Shown here: piece by piece, positions 9,965 through 19,906 of the stretch
Layout: every line of letters starts with the position of its first letter
How positions within the stretch are numbered: the first letter of the stretch is position 1
Source of the DNA: an uncultured Acidobacteriota bacterium
GTDB lineage: Bacteria; Acidobacteriota; UBA6911
Length of the DNA: 64,000 nt
Direction of reading: 5' to 3'
Assembly: GCA_963843575.1 (NCBI GenBank)
Contig: CAWJKZ010000013.1
Span: 576,001 to 640,000, forward strand
Notes under the pieces: model-generated
Told to the model about the DNA's origin: nothing
Seen by the model: only the letters and a program-made list of their open reading frames with translations
The model's database searches: none
Position numbers and translations under genes: made by a program

Positions 9965-10278
9965 CGGAAAGCCACTGGAGCGCAAGGGAGAAGGACGGTG
10001 CCGTTGAACTGGTCGTTTATGTGCAGCCGCGCGCCAGAAAAACCGAGATCGCCGGGCTGCACGGCGGGATTCTGAAGCTCAAGGTCGCCGCTCCACCGGT
10101 GGAAAACGCGGCCAATGCGGCGGTGGTCGATTTTATTGCCTCCCTCCTTGCCGTGGCCAAGTCCCGAGTGAAGATCGTGTCCGGCGGGAAGTCGCGGGAA
10201 AAAACCCTGCGCATCGAAGGAATCTCGCTCGTGCAACTCCGCAGTCGTCTGCCGGACTCCGTGCACGGTGGACTGTAG
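9961..10278 (+). CDS. DUF167/YggU family protein
   Basis: VYVQPRARKTEI, APPVENAAN and GGKSREK; GTG start overlaps the yggS stop. Confidence 0.9.
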   Translation: MTESHWSAREKDGAVELVVYVQPRARKTEIAGLHGGILKLKVAAPPVENAANAAVVDFIASLLAVAKSRVKIVSGGKSREKTLRIEGISLVQLRSRLPDSVHGGL

Positions 10279-10372
10279 GGTCGGCTCCGAGGGTTCTGGA
10301 CCCCCAACCAAGAATATCGAAGAGCTCCAGCGCGAAACCGCAAAAACAGGAGCGTGATGACGGGGTACGAAC

Positions 10373-10474
10373 TGTGGAAAAACCTGTGCAAGGAAATCTG
10401 CTGCTGATTCGATAAATTATTGAAAATATGCGGCTTGCTTCCTAATTAGTATAGTGTTACGGGCCTGTGGAAAA
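10373..10474. promoter_or_regulatory. Distal DnaA-box cluster with IHF-like site (datA-like candidate)
   Basis: TGTGGAAAA (10373), TGTGCAAGG (10385) and TGTGGAAAA (10466) in the same orientation; AT-rich tract reading TTTCAATAATTTA on the minus strand (10413-10425). Confidence 0.55.
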
Positions 10475-10489
10475 CTTTGCGGGGTTGAT

Positions 10490-10780
10490 TCAGGGCTTTT
10501 CGCGGCGGGTTTTTACCGTGGGACTGTCCTCGACCAGGCGCAGGTGGGCATGGTGTGTTCGCCGGTGCTCATCGAGGATCTGGCGGGCGTCATCGGCCAG
10601 GGCTGCGGGGACGAAGACCCGGATTTCGGCCAGCCCATCGACCGAAACCGGGTAGATGCCTTCGGGCAACTCCGAGGAGTAGTGACAAGGGATACTGTAA
10701 CTCTCCAGGAGACTCTTAATCACGGATGCCTCGGTGTGTTTCCACGTGGTTGCGACGATAATGGGGTCTTGCTGTTTCAT
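10490..10780 (-). CDS. DUF2007-like putative signal-transducing protein
   Basis: EASVIKSLLESYSIPC...IRVFVPAALADDARQIL pattern. Confidence 0.7.
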   Translation of the reverse strand: MKQQDPIIVATTWKHTEASVIKSLLESYSIPCHYSSELPEGIYPVSVDGLAEIRVFVPAALADDARQILDEHRRTHHAHLRLVEDSPTVKTRREKP

Positions 10781-10823
10781 ACCTTCGGGCCCACTAGTTC
10801 TTGAACAGGGAGCGGCATTCAGA

Positions 10824-11672
10824 CTACCGGACGGTTTTTGGCTTTCGGCTCCTGTTGAAGGCCTGAAGATCGAATGTAATCCCGAGCGCAATCCCGGAGT
10901 CTGCATCGAACTTCCCGAGGCCGGCAATGCCGGTCACGTCCCAGAGGAGGCCGCCGGCACGGATCTGCACGCCCAGGCGCGCCTGCGAACGGCTCTCGTT
11001 TCCCAGCCGCTCGGGACCCCGGCGACCGTGTAAATCGCCAACGAGATTTATGTTCTGGTGCATCGGCACCATGATACCAAATCCGTAGGTTAGCTGGTCG
11101 GACTGCGTGTTCGGCTGCACCGCCGATCCCAAGATCGCCAGTCCGACATTGCCGAGGAATTGCGTCGCGCCCAAGTGCTTGGAAAACAGGAGTGCGGCGA
11201 AAAAGTCGGTCTCGTCCGTCCCCAGCCCGCTTTCATTGGACGCGTTCGGGAGCTGCACGGCAAACTTGAAGCCGATTGCCGGGCGTGCCGCCTTTTCCCT
11301 GGCGAAGCGGAACTTGCTTCCGAGCACCAGGTCCCCGACATCGCTGGTTGCGTTTCCCGCAAAATCGGGCGGCAGCGCAGCCTGGGTGCGCCGCGAGACC
11401 GACAGGAAGTCCTGGATAACGCCGGATATCTGGAACTCGGCGAATTCTCCGACCCCTACTTGCACGTTGGTCAGCCCAACTCTCGTGAGATCGCCTTCGA
11501 GGCCCGAGAGCGGGAAGTGCTGCCCCTGCATAAACTCGATGCCGAGGCCCGTTCGGACCAGCCCCAGGGCAACGGGATCGGGGTCATCGGTGAGGAAGGG
11601 CCTTCGTTGGGCGCGCAGAGGCAGTGCCAACGAGGCGATCAGCAAACCCGAGAGCAACAGGCATTTCCGCAC
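10824..11672 (-). CDS. Putative outer-membrane beta-barrel / transporter-like protein
   Basis: Signal peptide, RPFLTDDP N-motif, DVGDLVLGSK, GLGTDETD, and alternating amphipathic strands. Confidence 0.6.
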   Translation of the reverse strand: MRKCLLLSGLLIASLALPLRAQRRPFLTDDPDPVALGLVRTGLGIEFMQGQHFPLSGLEGDLTRVGLTNVQVGVGEFAEFQISGVIQDFLSVSRRTQAALPPDFAGNATSDVGDLVLGSKFRFAREKAARPAIGFKFAVQLPNASNESGLGTDETDFFAALLFSKHLGATQFLGNVGLAILGSAVQPNTQSDQLTYGFGIMVPMHQNINLVGDLHGRRGPERLGNESRSQARLGVQIRAGGLLWDVTGIAGLGKFDADSGIALGITFDLQAFNRSRKPKTVR

Positions 11673-11712
11673 GCAGTCCCCCTCTTTCCCTGGATTTGGC
11701 TTCCCCTCTGGC

Positions 11713-12459
11713 CTAAACATGTAATCCGCTCCCGGCAGGACGCAGTTGAAAGAGCGTAACGGCGACTAATGCTGCCGTTTCGGCGCGCAGGATGCGTTGT
11801 CCGAGGCTGAAGACAGAATACCCGGATCCGGCGGCTGCCCGGACTTCTGCCTCATCCCACCCACCCTCCGGCCCGATGCACACAACGATGCGTGAGGGTC
11901 CGAGCATGTCCTGATGCCATGGGGTGCCGCTCTTTTCATAGCACAGATACTTAGCGTACCCGCCAAAAGGATTCCCGGCGACAAAATCTTGGAAACGCAT
12001 CGCCCCGTGGATCCGCGGGAGTGTGTTCCGGCGGCTCTGGCGGGCAGCTTCCCGAACGATGCGGCTCCAGCGTTCCATGCGCCCGGCCAGCTTTGACTCG
12101 GGAATCCGGACGCTGCTGTTGCGTGTGTGTAGGGGGACGAGATCGTCGACGCCGAGTTCCGTCGATTTTTGGAGGATCCAGTCGAACCGATCTGGCTTGA
12201 CCAGAGCGGTGGCGAGCACGATGGAGGGCAAGTCCCGCGGGGCCGGCTCGGCGGAAGGAACGAGACGTACGAGTTTCACGTCCGCACCGGAGATCTCTAC
12301 CTCGCCCCGATACGCGGTGCCTTCCCCGTCGAAAACCTCGACGGGCTGGCCTGCGCCCAGACGCAACACGTTCCGGAGATGGTGCGCCTGATCCGGCGCC
12401 AGGATCGCGGTGCCGTCGCGGATCGCATCGCGGGGAACGAAGAACCGCCTCAGCGGCAT
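11713..12459 (-). CDS. rsmE: 16S rRNA m3U1498 methyltransferase
   Basis: HHLRNVLRL, QKSTELGV, IGPEGGW and LGQRILRAETA. Confidence 0.95.
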   Translation of the reverse strand: MPLRRFFVPRDAIRDGTAILAPDQAHHLRNVLRLGAGQPVEVFDGEGTAYRGEVEISGADVKLVRLVPSAEPAPRDLPSIVLATALVKPDRFDWILQKSTELGVDDLVPLHTRNSSVRIPESKLAGRMERWSRIVREAARQSRRNTLPRIHGAMRFQDFVAGNPFGGYAKYLCYEKSGTPWHQDMLGPSRIVVCIGPEGGWDEAEVRAAAGSGYSVFSLGQRILRAETAALVAVTLFQLRPAGSGLHV

Positions 12460-12500
12460 GCGGGCCTTGCTTCGGGGCCTTCCGGAGGTCGGATGGGCTC

Positions 12501-13616
12501 CTAACCGAAGATATCCTTGACCTTGTCGAAGATGTTCCTTTCCTGCGACAACTCTTCCTCTTTGCTAACCTTCGCCAGGGATTCAAACAGTTGGCGCTGT
12601 TCTTTTGTCAGCTTGGTCGGGATGGCGACGTTCAGGGTGACAAACTGGTCACCCCTGCCGCGCTCGCCCAGGCTTACAATCCCCTTGTTGCGCAGGCGGA
12701 ACACCGAACCGCTCTGCGTCCCCTCGGGAACCTTGAGCTTTTCTTCGCCTTCTAGTGTTGGGACCATGACCTCGGCCCCGAGGACAGCCTGGGTGACACC
12801 GATGGGTACCTGGCAGTAGATGTTGTTGCCCTGACGCTGAAAGAAAGGGTGCTCCTCGACGAAGATAACCACGTACAGGTCGCCGTAGAGCCCGCCGTGG
12901 GATCCGGCCTCGCCTTCGCCCTGGATCCGCAGGCGGGCGCCGTTGTCCACTCCGGCCGGGATCTTGATCTCGAGGACTTTCTCCTTGCGGACCCGACCCC
13001 TGCCCTGGCAGATCTCGCAGGGGTCACGGATGACCTTCCCTGCACCGTTGCACTGGCTGCAGGTGCGGCTGATGGAGAAAAACCCCTGCTGGTAGCGTAC
13101 CTGGCCGGCCCCCTGGCAGGCGCTGCAGACAACAGGGGCCTTGCCCTTGGCCGTGCCGCGTCCGTCGCATGCGCTGCACACGTCATGTCGGGGGATCTTG
13201 ATCTTGGTCTTGAGGCCGAACGCCGCCTCGCGAAAGGAGATTTTCAGGTCGTAGCGCAGATCGGCGCCCCGTTCTGGGCCGCCCCTGCGGCGGTTGCCGA
13301 AAATGTCCCCGAATCCGAAGAACTCGCCGAGGATGTCGCCGAAATCCCCAAACGTGGCCGGGTCGAAACCGCTGAAGCCACCGCCGCCCTGCAACCCGCT
13401 ATGGCCGTAACGATCATAGCGCTCCCGCTTTTCCAGATCGCTCAGGACGCTGTAGGCCTCCGCCGCCTCTTTGAAACACTCCTCGGCGTTCTTGTTGCCG
13501 GGGTTCTTGTCGGGATGATATTTGAGTGCCATTCTGCGGTAGGCACTCTTGACCTCCTGGTCCGAGGCCCCCCGTTCTATCCCAAGCACTTCGTAGTAGT
13601 CACGCTTCTGGTTCAA
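12501..13616 (-). CDS. dnaJ: Chaperone DnaJ
   Basis: J domain with HPD, G/F region, four CxxCxGxG repeats. Confidence 0.97.
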   Translation of the reverse strand: MNQKRDYYEVLGIERGASDQEVKSAYRRMALKYHPDKNPGNKNAEECFKEAAEAYSVLSDLEKRERYDRYGHSGLQGGGGFSGFDPATFGDFGDILGEFFGFGDIFGNRRRGGPERGADLRYDLKISFREAAFGLKTKIKIPRHDVCSACDGRGTAKGKAPVVCSACQGAGQVRYQQGFFSISRTCSQCNGAGKVIRDPCEICQGRGRVRKEKVLEIKIPAGVDNGARLRIQGEGEAGSHGGLYGDLYVVIFVEEHPFFQRQGNNIYCQVPIGVTQAVLGAEVMVPTLEGEEKLKVPEGTQSGSVFRLRNKGIVSLGERGRGDQFVTLNVAIPTKLTKEQRQLFESLAKVSKEEELSQERNIFDKVKDIFG

Positions 13617-13645
13617 ACACCCTCTCCCATCTTCTCTGCCCGGGC

Positions 13646-15549
13646 TTATTTCTTCGCCCCCAGGTCATCCAACGCGGACTTCATCAGGTTATTCAGGTCT
13701 CCCGGGCTGCGGGGTTCCTGGTTGGTGCTGCGCAGGGATCCTGCCGGGGCGCTGAACATGGCGGAAGCGAGCAACGCAGCCCCTCGCTCCAGTTCGCCCT
13801 GGATCTCCTTCAATAACATCAGCTTGTCTTCCTCGGCCGAAAGAGCCGTCGCTTTTTGGATCGAGTTTTTTACCACTTCCTGTTCGGATGAGTCAAGCAA
13901 CCAGCCGAATTCGGCATACGTCCGCACGAGGGACGCTTGCTGCCCCTTGATCTGATTTCTAAGCTCCACGACGTCCCGCAGCTTCCGGTCGCTTTCGCCG
14001 TATTGCCGGGCTTCGAGAACCATAAGATCGATTTCGTCCTTTGTCAGCCCGGTCGAAGGAGTGATTCGCATCGCCTGTTCTTTGCCGGAGAGTTTGTCCT
14101 TCGCCGACACGCTCACGATACCGTTCGCATCGATATCGAATATCACTTCAATCTGTGGTGCGCCTCGGGGGGCTGGGGCGATGCCCACAAGATCGAACCG
14201 GCCCAGGGACCGGTTGAATTTTGCCAACTCGCGCTCCCCCTGCAGGACGTGCACCTCGACAACGGACTGGTTGTCCACTACCGTGGTGAACATCGTTGAT
14301 TTTTTCAGCGGGATCGTCGAGTTGTGCTCCACGATGCGGGTGAACAAGCCGCCCTGTGTCTCCACCCCCAGCGACAGGGGGAGTACGTCGAGCAGGACGA
14401 TCTCCTTGAGCTCCCCTTGCAGCACGCCGCCCTGAAGCGCGGCGCCAACGGCGACGACTTCGTCGGGATTGACTTCGAGGGAGGGTTGCTTGCCGAACAG
14501 GGAGGCGACGTGTCGCTGAACTGCCGGGGTTCTGGTCTGTCCGCCCACGAGAATCACTTTGTCGACGTCGGCGGCGGTCAGTTTGGCGTCACTCAGCGCC
14601 TTTTCGCAGTAGGCAGTGGTCCGCTCTATCAGGTTCCGGACCAAACCCTCGAATTCGGTCCGACTGAGAGTGCGCTCTAAGTGTTTGGGGCCGTGGGTGT
14701 CGCTCGAGATGAACGGGAGGTTTATTCCCGTCTCGAGCGCCTGGGACAGCTCGCATTTTGCCTTTTCCGCCGCTTCCTTCAACCGCTGGCGTGCCAAGAC
14801 ATCCTTGCCTAGGTCGATGCCGTTCTCTCTCTTGAATTCCGACATCATCCAGTCGATGATGCGCTGGTCGAAATCCTCCCCCCGAGAAAGCTGTCCCCGC
14901 AGGTGGACAGAACTTCAAAGACGCCGTTGTTCAACTCGAGTATCGATACGTCGAAGGTACCGCCGCCGAGGTCGAAAATGGCGACCCGTTCGCGCTCCTT
15001 CTTTCCAACACCGTAGGCGAGAGCGGCGGCCGTGGGTTCGTTGATGATGCGCCGGACCTCGAGCCCCGCGATGCGGCCCGCGTCTTTGGTCGCCTGACGC
15101 TGGGAGTCGTCGAAGTAGGCCGGCACCGTGATGATGGCCTCCTTGACTTCCTGATTCAGGAATTCCTCGGCCCCCTTCTTTAGGAACTGCAGCAGCATGG
15201 CCGAGATTTCGGGCGGGCTGTATTGCTTTCCTCGTGCGGTCACGCGCACATCGCCCATTTCGGACGCATCGAGCTTGTAGCTCAGATAGCTCCGTAGCTT
15301 AACGATATCGGGCGCGTCGAACCGTCGGCCCATCAGTCGCTTGACCGCGTAGATGGTATTGGCGGCGTTGGTTACGGCCTGGCGCTTGGCGATGTTTCCG
15401 ATCAGCCGGTCGCCCTTTTCGGTGAAAGCGACGATAGACGGTGTCGTCCGGCCACCGATGTTGTTGGGGATGATCTGAACAGAAGTGCCCTCGAGGACGG
15501 CTACGCACGAGTTCGTAGTCCCAAGGTCGATCCCAATTATCTTGCCCAT
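13646..15549 (-). CDS. dnaK: Hsp70/DnaK, split by a 1-base frameshift near 14880
   Basis: [38 protein letters not shown], then [11 protein letters not shown] and [10 protein letters not shown]; the break falls in a C6 homopolymer. Confidence 0.9.
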
Positions 15550-15551
15550 GG

Positions 15552-16172
15552 CTATTGGGTCGACTCGGGATCCTGCGGCGGCTGCGCGGACACGATGACC
15601 TGCGCCGGGCGGAGCAGGCGACCATTGTGAAGGTAACCGCGCCGTAGGACTAGGGTTATCGTGTTTTCTTCATGCTTGTCGCTGATCTCTCTGGACAGCG
15701 CCTCGTGTATGTGCGGATCGAACTTCTCCCCCTCCGCCTGGATCGGCGTGACGCCGAGCCGGGTAAGGGTATCGCCCAGCTGTTTGTAGAGGAGCTGGAC
15801 TCCTTCACGGTACTGTTCGAGGGATTGGCTTTCGCCCGTGGGGCTCTTGAGGCTTTCCAGCGCGCGCTCGCATGCGTCGGCAATGGGAAGGAATTCCATC
15901 ACGACGGAACTTTTGGCCAGCAGGCTCGAGTCGAGCTTCTCCTTTTCGGTTCGTTTCCTGAAGTTTTCAAACTCCGCGGCTTTGCGGAGAAAACGGTCTC
16001 GCCACTGCTCCGACTCGGCCGTAACGGCCTCCAGCTCGGCCTGCAGACGGGCCAAAGAGTCTTGCGGTGGGGTGGGTTCCCCCCCTTCCCGGTTCTCGCC
16101 GTTCAGGTTTTCGGTTTCGTCCGCAGCCGGTCCGGCGGGATCCGACGGGTGTCCATAGATTTTCCAAGTCAT
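15552..16172 (-). CDS. grpE: Nucleotide exchange factor GrpE
   Basis: [17 protein letters not shown] and GY...LLRPAQVIV. Confidence 0.95.
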   Translation of the reverse strand: MTWKIYGHPSDPAGPAADETENLNGENREGGEPTPPQDSLARLQAELEAVTAESEQWRDRFLRKAAEFENFRKRTEKEKLDSSLLAKSSVVMEFLPIADACERALESLKSPTGESQSLEQYREGVQLLYKQLGDTLTRLGVTPIQAEGEKFDPHIHEALSREISDKHEENTITLVLRRGYLHNGRLLRPAQVIVSAQPPQDPESTQ

Positions 16173-17240
16173 GATTTGATTCCTTTGCTTCCGAGGACCC
16201 GCCCAAAGAGCCTGGCTACATACTCAACCAGCGAGATCGCCCGTCCGTATTCCATACGGGTCGGGCCAAGTATACCCAGAGAGCCCTGGGTCTTGTCGTC
16301 GAGCGTATATGGCGAAGTGATGAGGGTGCAGTCCTCGATCCCCGGCAGGGTGTTTTCGGTTCCGATCGTGATTCGGACTTCCTGCGTATCGCCCTCGATG
16401 CACTGCGACAGGAGCGATAACAGGCGCGATTTCTGCTCGATGGTCTCAAAGAGCGTCCTCATCCGGTTAATATCGGAGAACTCCGGACTCTTCATTAGGT
16501 TGCTGGCGCCGTCGAGATAGATTTCGGCTTGTGCCACATCCTCGGCGCCCGCGAAGGTGCGGGTACTGAGGAGGATGACGTTTTGCATGAACTTGTCGTA
16601 CAGCGCCCGCTGCTGCTGGATCAGGTTCAGGATGAGCGATTTGATTTCGAGGAGTGTCCTGTCCTTGAAATTGTCGGTGATGTAGCGGGCGGCGTTGTCC
16701 AGCTCGGTCTTGGACAGATCCTGATCGCACCGAAACACGCGGTTCTGCACGATACCTGAGCGTGAGACGAGCACGACGAGGATCCGCCCTTCGGTCAGCT
16801 GGATGAACTGCAGGTGCTGCAGTGCAACGGTGCTGATCGGAGGAGACACTACGATTCCTATGTTGTTGGACACGCGCGAGAGCAGCTGGCTGGTACGGGC
16901 CATCAAGGTGTTCTGCGCTGTCGTCCGGCAACAGGCTACGATCTATGAGGTCCCGGTCCCGCGGAGAGATCTCGTGGCGTCCGAGCATGTAATCCACGTA
17001 GAGCCTGTATCCCTTGTCGGTGGGAATGCGCCCGGCCGACGCATGCGGCTGGCGCAGGTACCCCATCTCCTCCAGATCCGCCATGATGTTGCGAACGGTG
17101 GCGGGGCTGAGGTGTTCACTGCTGTGGCGGGCGATCATCCTTGATCCCACAGGTTTGCCGGTGGCGACAAAGGTCGAGATAGCCCACTGCAGGATCTCAC
17201 GCGACCGCTCGTCCAGGATCAGGCTCTCACGAGGTTGCAT
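16169..17240 (-). CDS. hrcA: Heat-inducible repressor HrcA, frameshift near 16900
   Basis: PVGS...LSPATVRNIMADLEEMGYL.QPHASAGRIPTDKGYR in one frame and LGILGPTRMEY in the other. Confidence 0.92.
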
Positions 17241-17303
17241 TGATACGCCTGGGTTAGTCTCTCCCGGGGGAGGGTTTCGAGCTTCCCTCGGCACTAACAA
17301 AGA

Positions 17304-17331
17304 ATTATAATATGCGGCAAATCAATGTCAA
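17304..17331 (-). promoter_or_regulatory. Consensus sigma70 promoter of the hrcA operon
   Basis: Minus strand TTGACA-16-TATAAT. Confidence 0.8.
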
Positions 17332-17369
17332 ATTTAGCCTTAGCTCACGCCGAGCGAACCGTCTCGCGG

Positions 17370-18488
17370 TTAGAGAAGTGTTTCCAGAACCACGGGTTGA
17401 ACCCCGATGGCGGCGGCGACGGGAGCGCAGGTAACCTTGCCCGCGTAGGTATTAACCCCTTCCCTTAGTGCAGGATCGCGCCGCACCGCTTCCTTCAGCC
17501 CGAATCTTGGCCAGCCTGCGGGCGTAGGGGAGGGTCACGTTTGTCAGGGCGAATGTCGAGGTCCTCGGCACGGCCCCCGGCATGTTCGCAACACAGTAGT
17601 GGACGACGTCGTCGACGACAAAGGTCGGTTGGCTGTGGGTCGTTGGGCGGGTGGTTTCGAAGCACCCTCCCTGGTCGACGGCCACGTCCACCGCCACGGC
17701 CCCCTTCTTCATGCTGGAGATCATGCTGCGGGTGACGAGCTTCGGCGCTTCCGCACCGACGATGCAGGACCGCCCCGACGAGCAGGTCCGCTTTGCTGAC
17801 CGATTCCTGGATGTTGAAGGGATTCGACATCAGGGTCTCGATCTGACCGAAGAAGATGTCGTCCAGGTACCGGAGCCGGTCGGCAGTCCAGGTCGATGAT
17901 CGTCACCCGGGCACCCAAGTCCTACCGCCATCTTGGCCGCATTCGTCCCGACGGTCCCACCGCCGATAATGACGACGTTAGCCGGCGGGACACCCGGGAC
18001 GCCGCCGAGGAGTTCGCCGCGACCGCCGTTGGGTTTCTGCAGGTAGAACGCACCCACCTGGATCGACATCCGGCCGGCCACCTCGCTCATCGGAGTCAGC
18101 AACGGGAGGGATCCGTTTGCGAGCCGGATGGTCTCGTAGGCCACTCCTGCGACCTTGCGGTCCGTCAGCATCCGGGTGAGTTCAGGGGCCGGGGCGAGGT
18201 GCAGGTAGGTGAAGAGGATCTGCCCTTCGCGGAGCAGGTCATACTCGGGCCCGACCGGCTCCTTGACCTTGATGATCATGTCCGCCGCCGCGGTAGACGT
18301 CGGCCGCGGCGGAGACGATCTCGGCGCCTGCCGCGGTGTATTCCTCGTCGGCTATGCCGCTGCCGCCGCCGGCCGTGCGCTGCACCAATACCCTGTGGCC
18401 GTCCTGAACCAAGCGCGTGCACCCCGGCGGGCACGAGACCCACACGCGATTCGTTGTCTTTGATTTCCTTCGGCAGTCCGATGATCAT
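17370..18488 (-). CDS. ald: Alanine dehydrogenase with several frameshifts
   Basis: [45 protein letters not shown] and [15 protein letters not shown] spread over different frames. Confidence 0.9.
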
Positions 18489-18631
18489 GGCTGACGGCCC
18501 TCCTTCGTGAGCTGGTGATTCTGCCGCGTGGTTCACCATTATAGACCAGTGGCGTGGAAAAGACCCGGGATGGGATCTGCACGGGCGATCTATCGACCCG
18601 GGTCAATCCGGCTGGTGTCGCCGCGGCGAAT

Positions 18632-19841
18632 CTAGATCAGGTCTTTGAGGAGGTGCAGGAACATGCCGACGTCGGTCACGATCCCGACTGCCTGGGACGA
18701 TCCTCGGTCCGAGAGTTTGGTCACGACGGCTGGATTGATGTCCACGCAGATGGTCCGGACCCAGGCGGGTATCATGTTGCCGGATCCGATCCCGTGCAGC
18801 ATGGTGCCGAGGATCATGACGAGCTCGGCGTCCTTGAGGAGCTCTGCATAGCGCGTCTGCGCCTCGATCATGTCGCAGATGGTGTCGGGCAGCGGGCCGT
18901 CGTCGCGGATGCTGCCGGCAAGCGCGTACGGAATGCCGGTTTTCACCAGTTCGTACATGATCCCCGACCGCAGGCCGCCCTCTTCGACCGCGCGCCGCGA
19001 TACTCCCGTACTGGTTGATGAAGTTGATGGCGCGCATGTGGTTCTTGTGTCCTTCGTGAGCCGGCATGCCGGTGTCGAGCTGGACTCCGAGGGACGTGCG
19101 GTACAAGGCGTGTTCGACATCGTGGACCGCGATGGCGTTGCCGCCCAGGAAGGCCTGGACGTAGCCGTTGCGAATCATCTTCGAAAGGCCTTCGACGCCG
19201 CCGGTGTGCACGACGACGGGACCGCAGACGACCACGATCTTCCCCTGCGCGGCCTTCGCCTGCCGGAGCAGATCAGCCAGCTGGCGCACCGCCACCTCCA
19301 CCCTCCGTTCGGAGGAGATGTCGCTGGCCATGAAAATGAAGTCCTTGCGGTCCCGGTCCTTGAATTCCGGCACCACCCGGATGCCGGCATGGCCGCAGAC
19401 GACCCGGTCGCCCTCCCGGATGTCCCGCAGTTTGACGCAACGTGGGCCGTCGGCTTCGATCCGGATGACGGCGTCCATGCGCTGGTCCCGCACGAGCTGC
19501 CACTCGCCCGAGAGGCGGACGTAGGTGTGGTAGTTGGTCGTGGAGTAGAAGTCATCCGGCACACGCCCCGGGCCCAGGGCGGGGCTCAGGCGGGCGTCTT
19601 CCGCCTCGCTGAGATAGCACCCAAGCGGTACGAGCAGTCCAGAAGCTCCGCCCAGGGTGGCGGGATCGGGCGAAAGCACGCGGATGCGGGTGTAGGACTC
19701 GTCGGTGTTGGTTTTGCCGACCTCGAATTTTTCGATTTTAAACGAGCACTTCCACTCGATGATCCGGTCCAGGATCTGGGACATCAGTCCCGAATCGATC
19801 AGGTGTCCCCGGGCTTCCACGATCTGCTCGAATCCCGCCAC
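18632..19841 (-). CDS. TIGR00300 / LOR-SDH family protein (ornithine cyclodeaminase-like), frameshift near 18995
   Basis: GHLIDSG, FYSTTN, GPVVVHTGG, GNAIAVHDVE, LAGSIRDDGPLP and VTKLSDRGS; GTG start after GGAGG. Confidence 0.88.
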
Positions 19842-19906
19842 ACAGCCTCCTTCCGCTTGAGGGGCCGCGGCTGGCATCAAGCCGCCGCGGCCACTCGCTT
19901 GCGTCC

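Noticed and set aside
10736-10752. parS-like TGTTTCCACGTGGTT
   Set aside because: Right arm mismatched and the site lies inside a coding region
14870-14890. Programmed frameshift or phase variation in dnaK
   Set aside because: One missing base in a short homopolymer, amid many other indels; sequencing error is simpler
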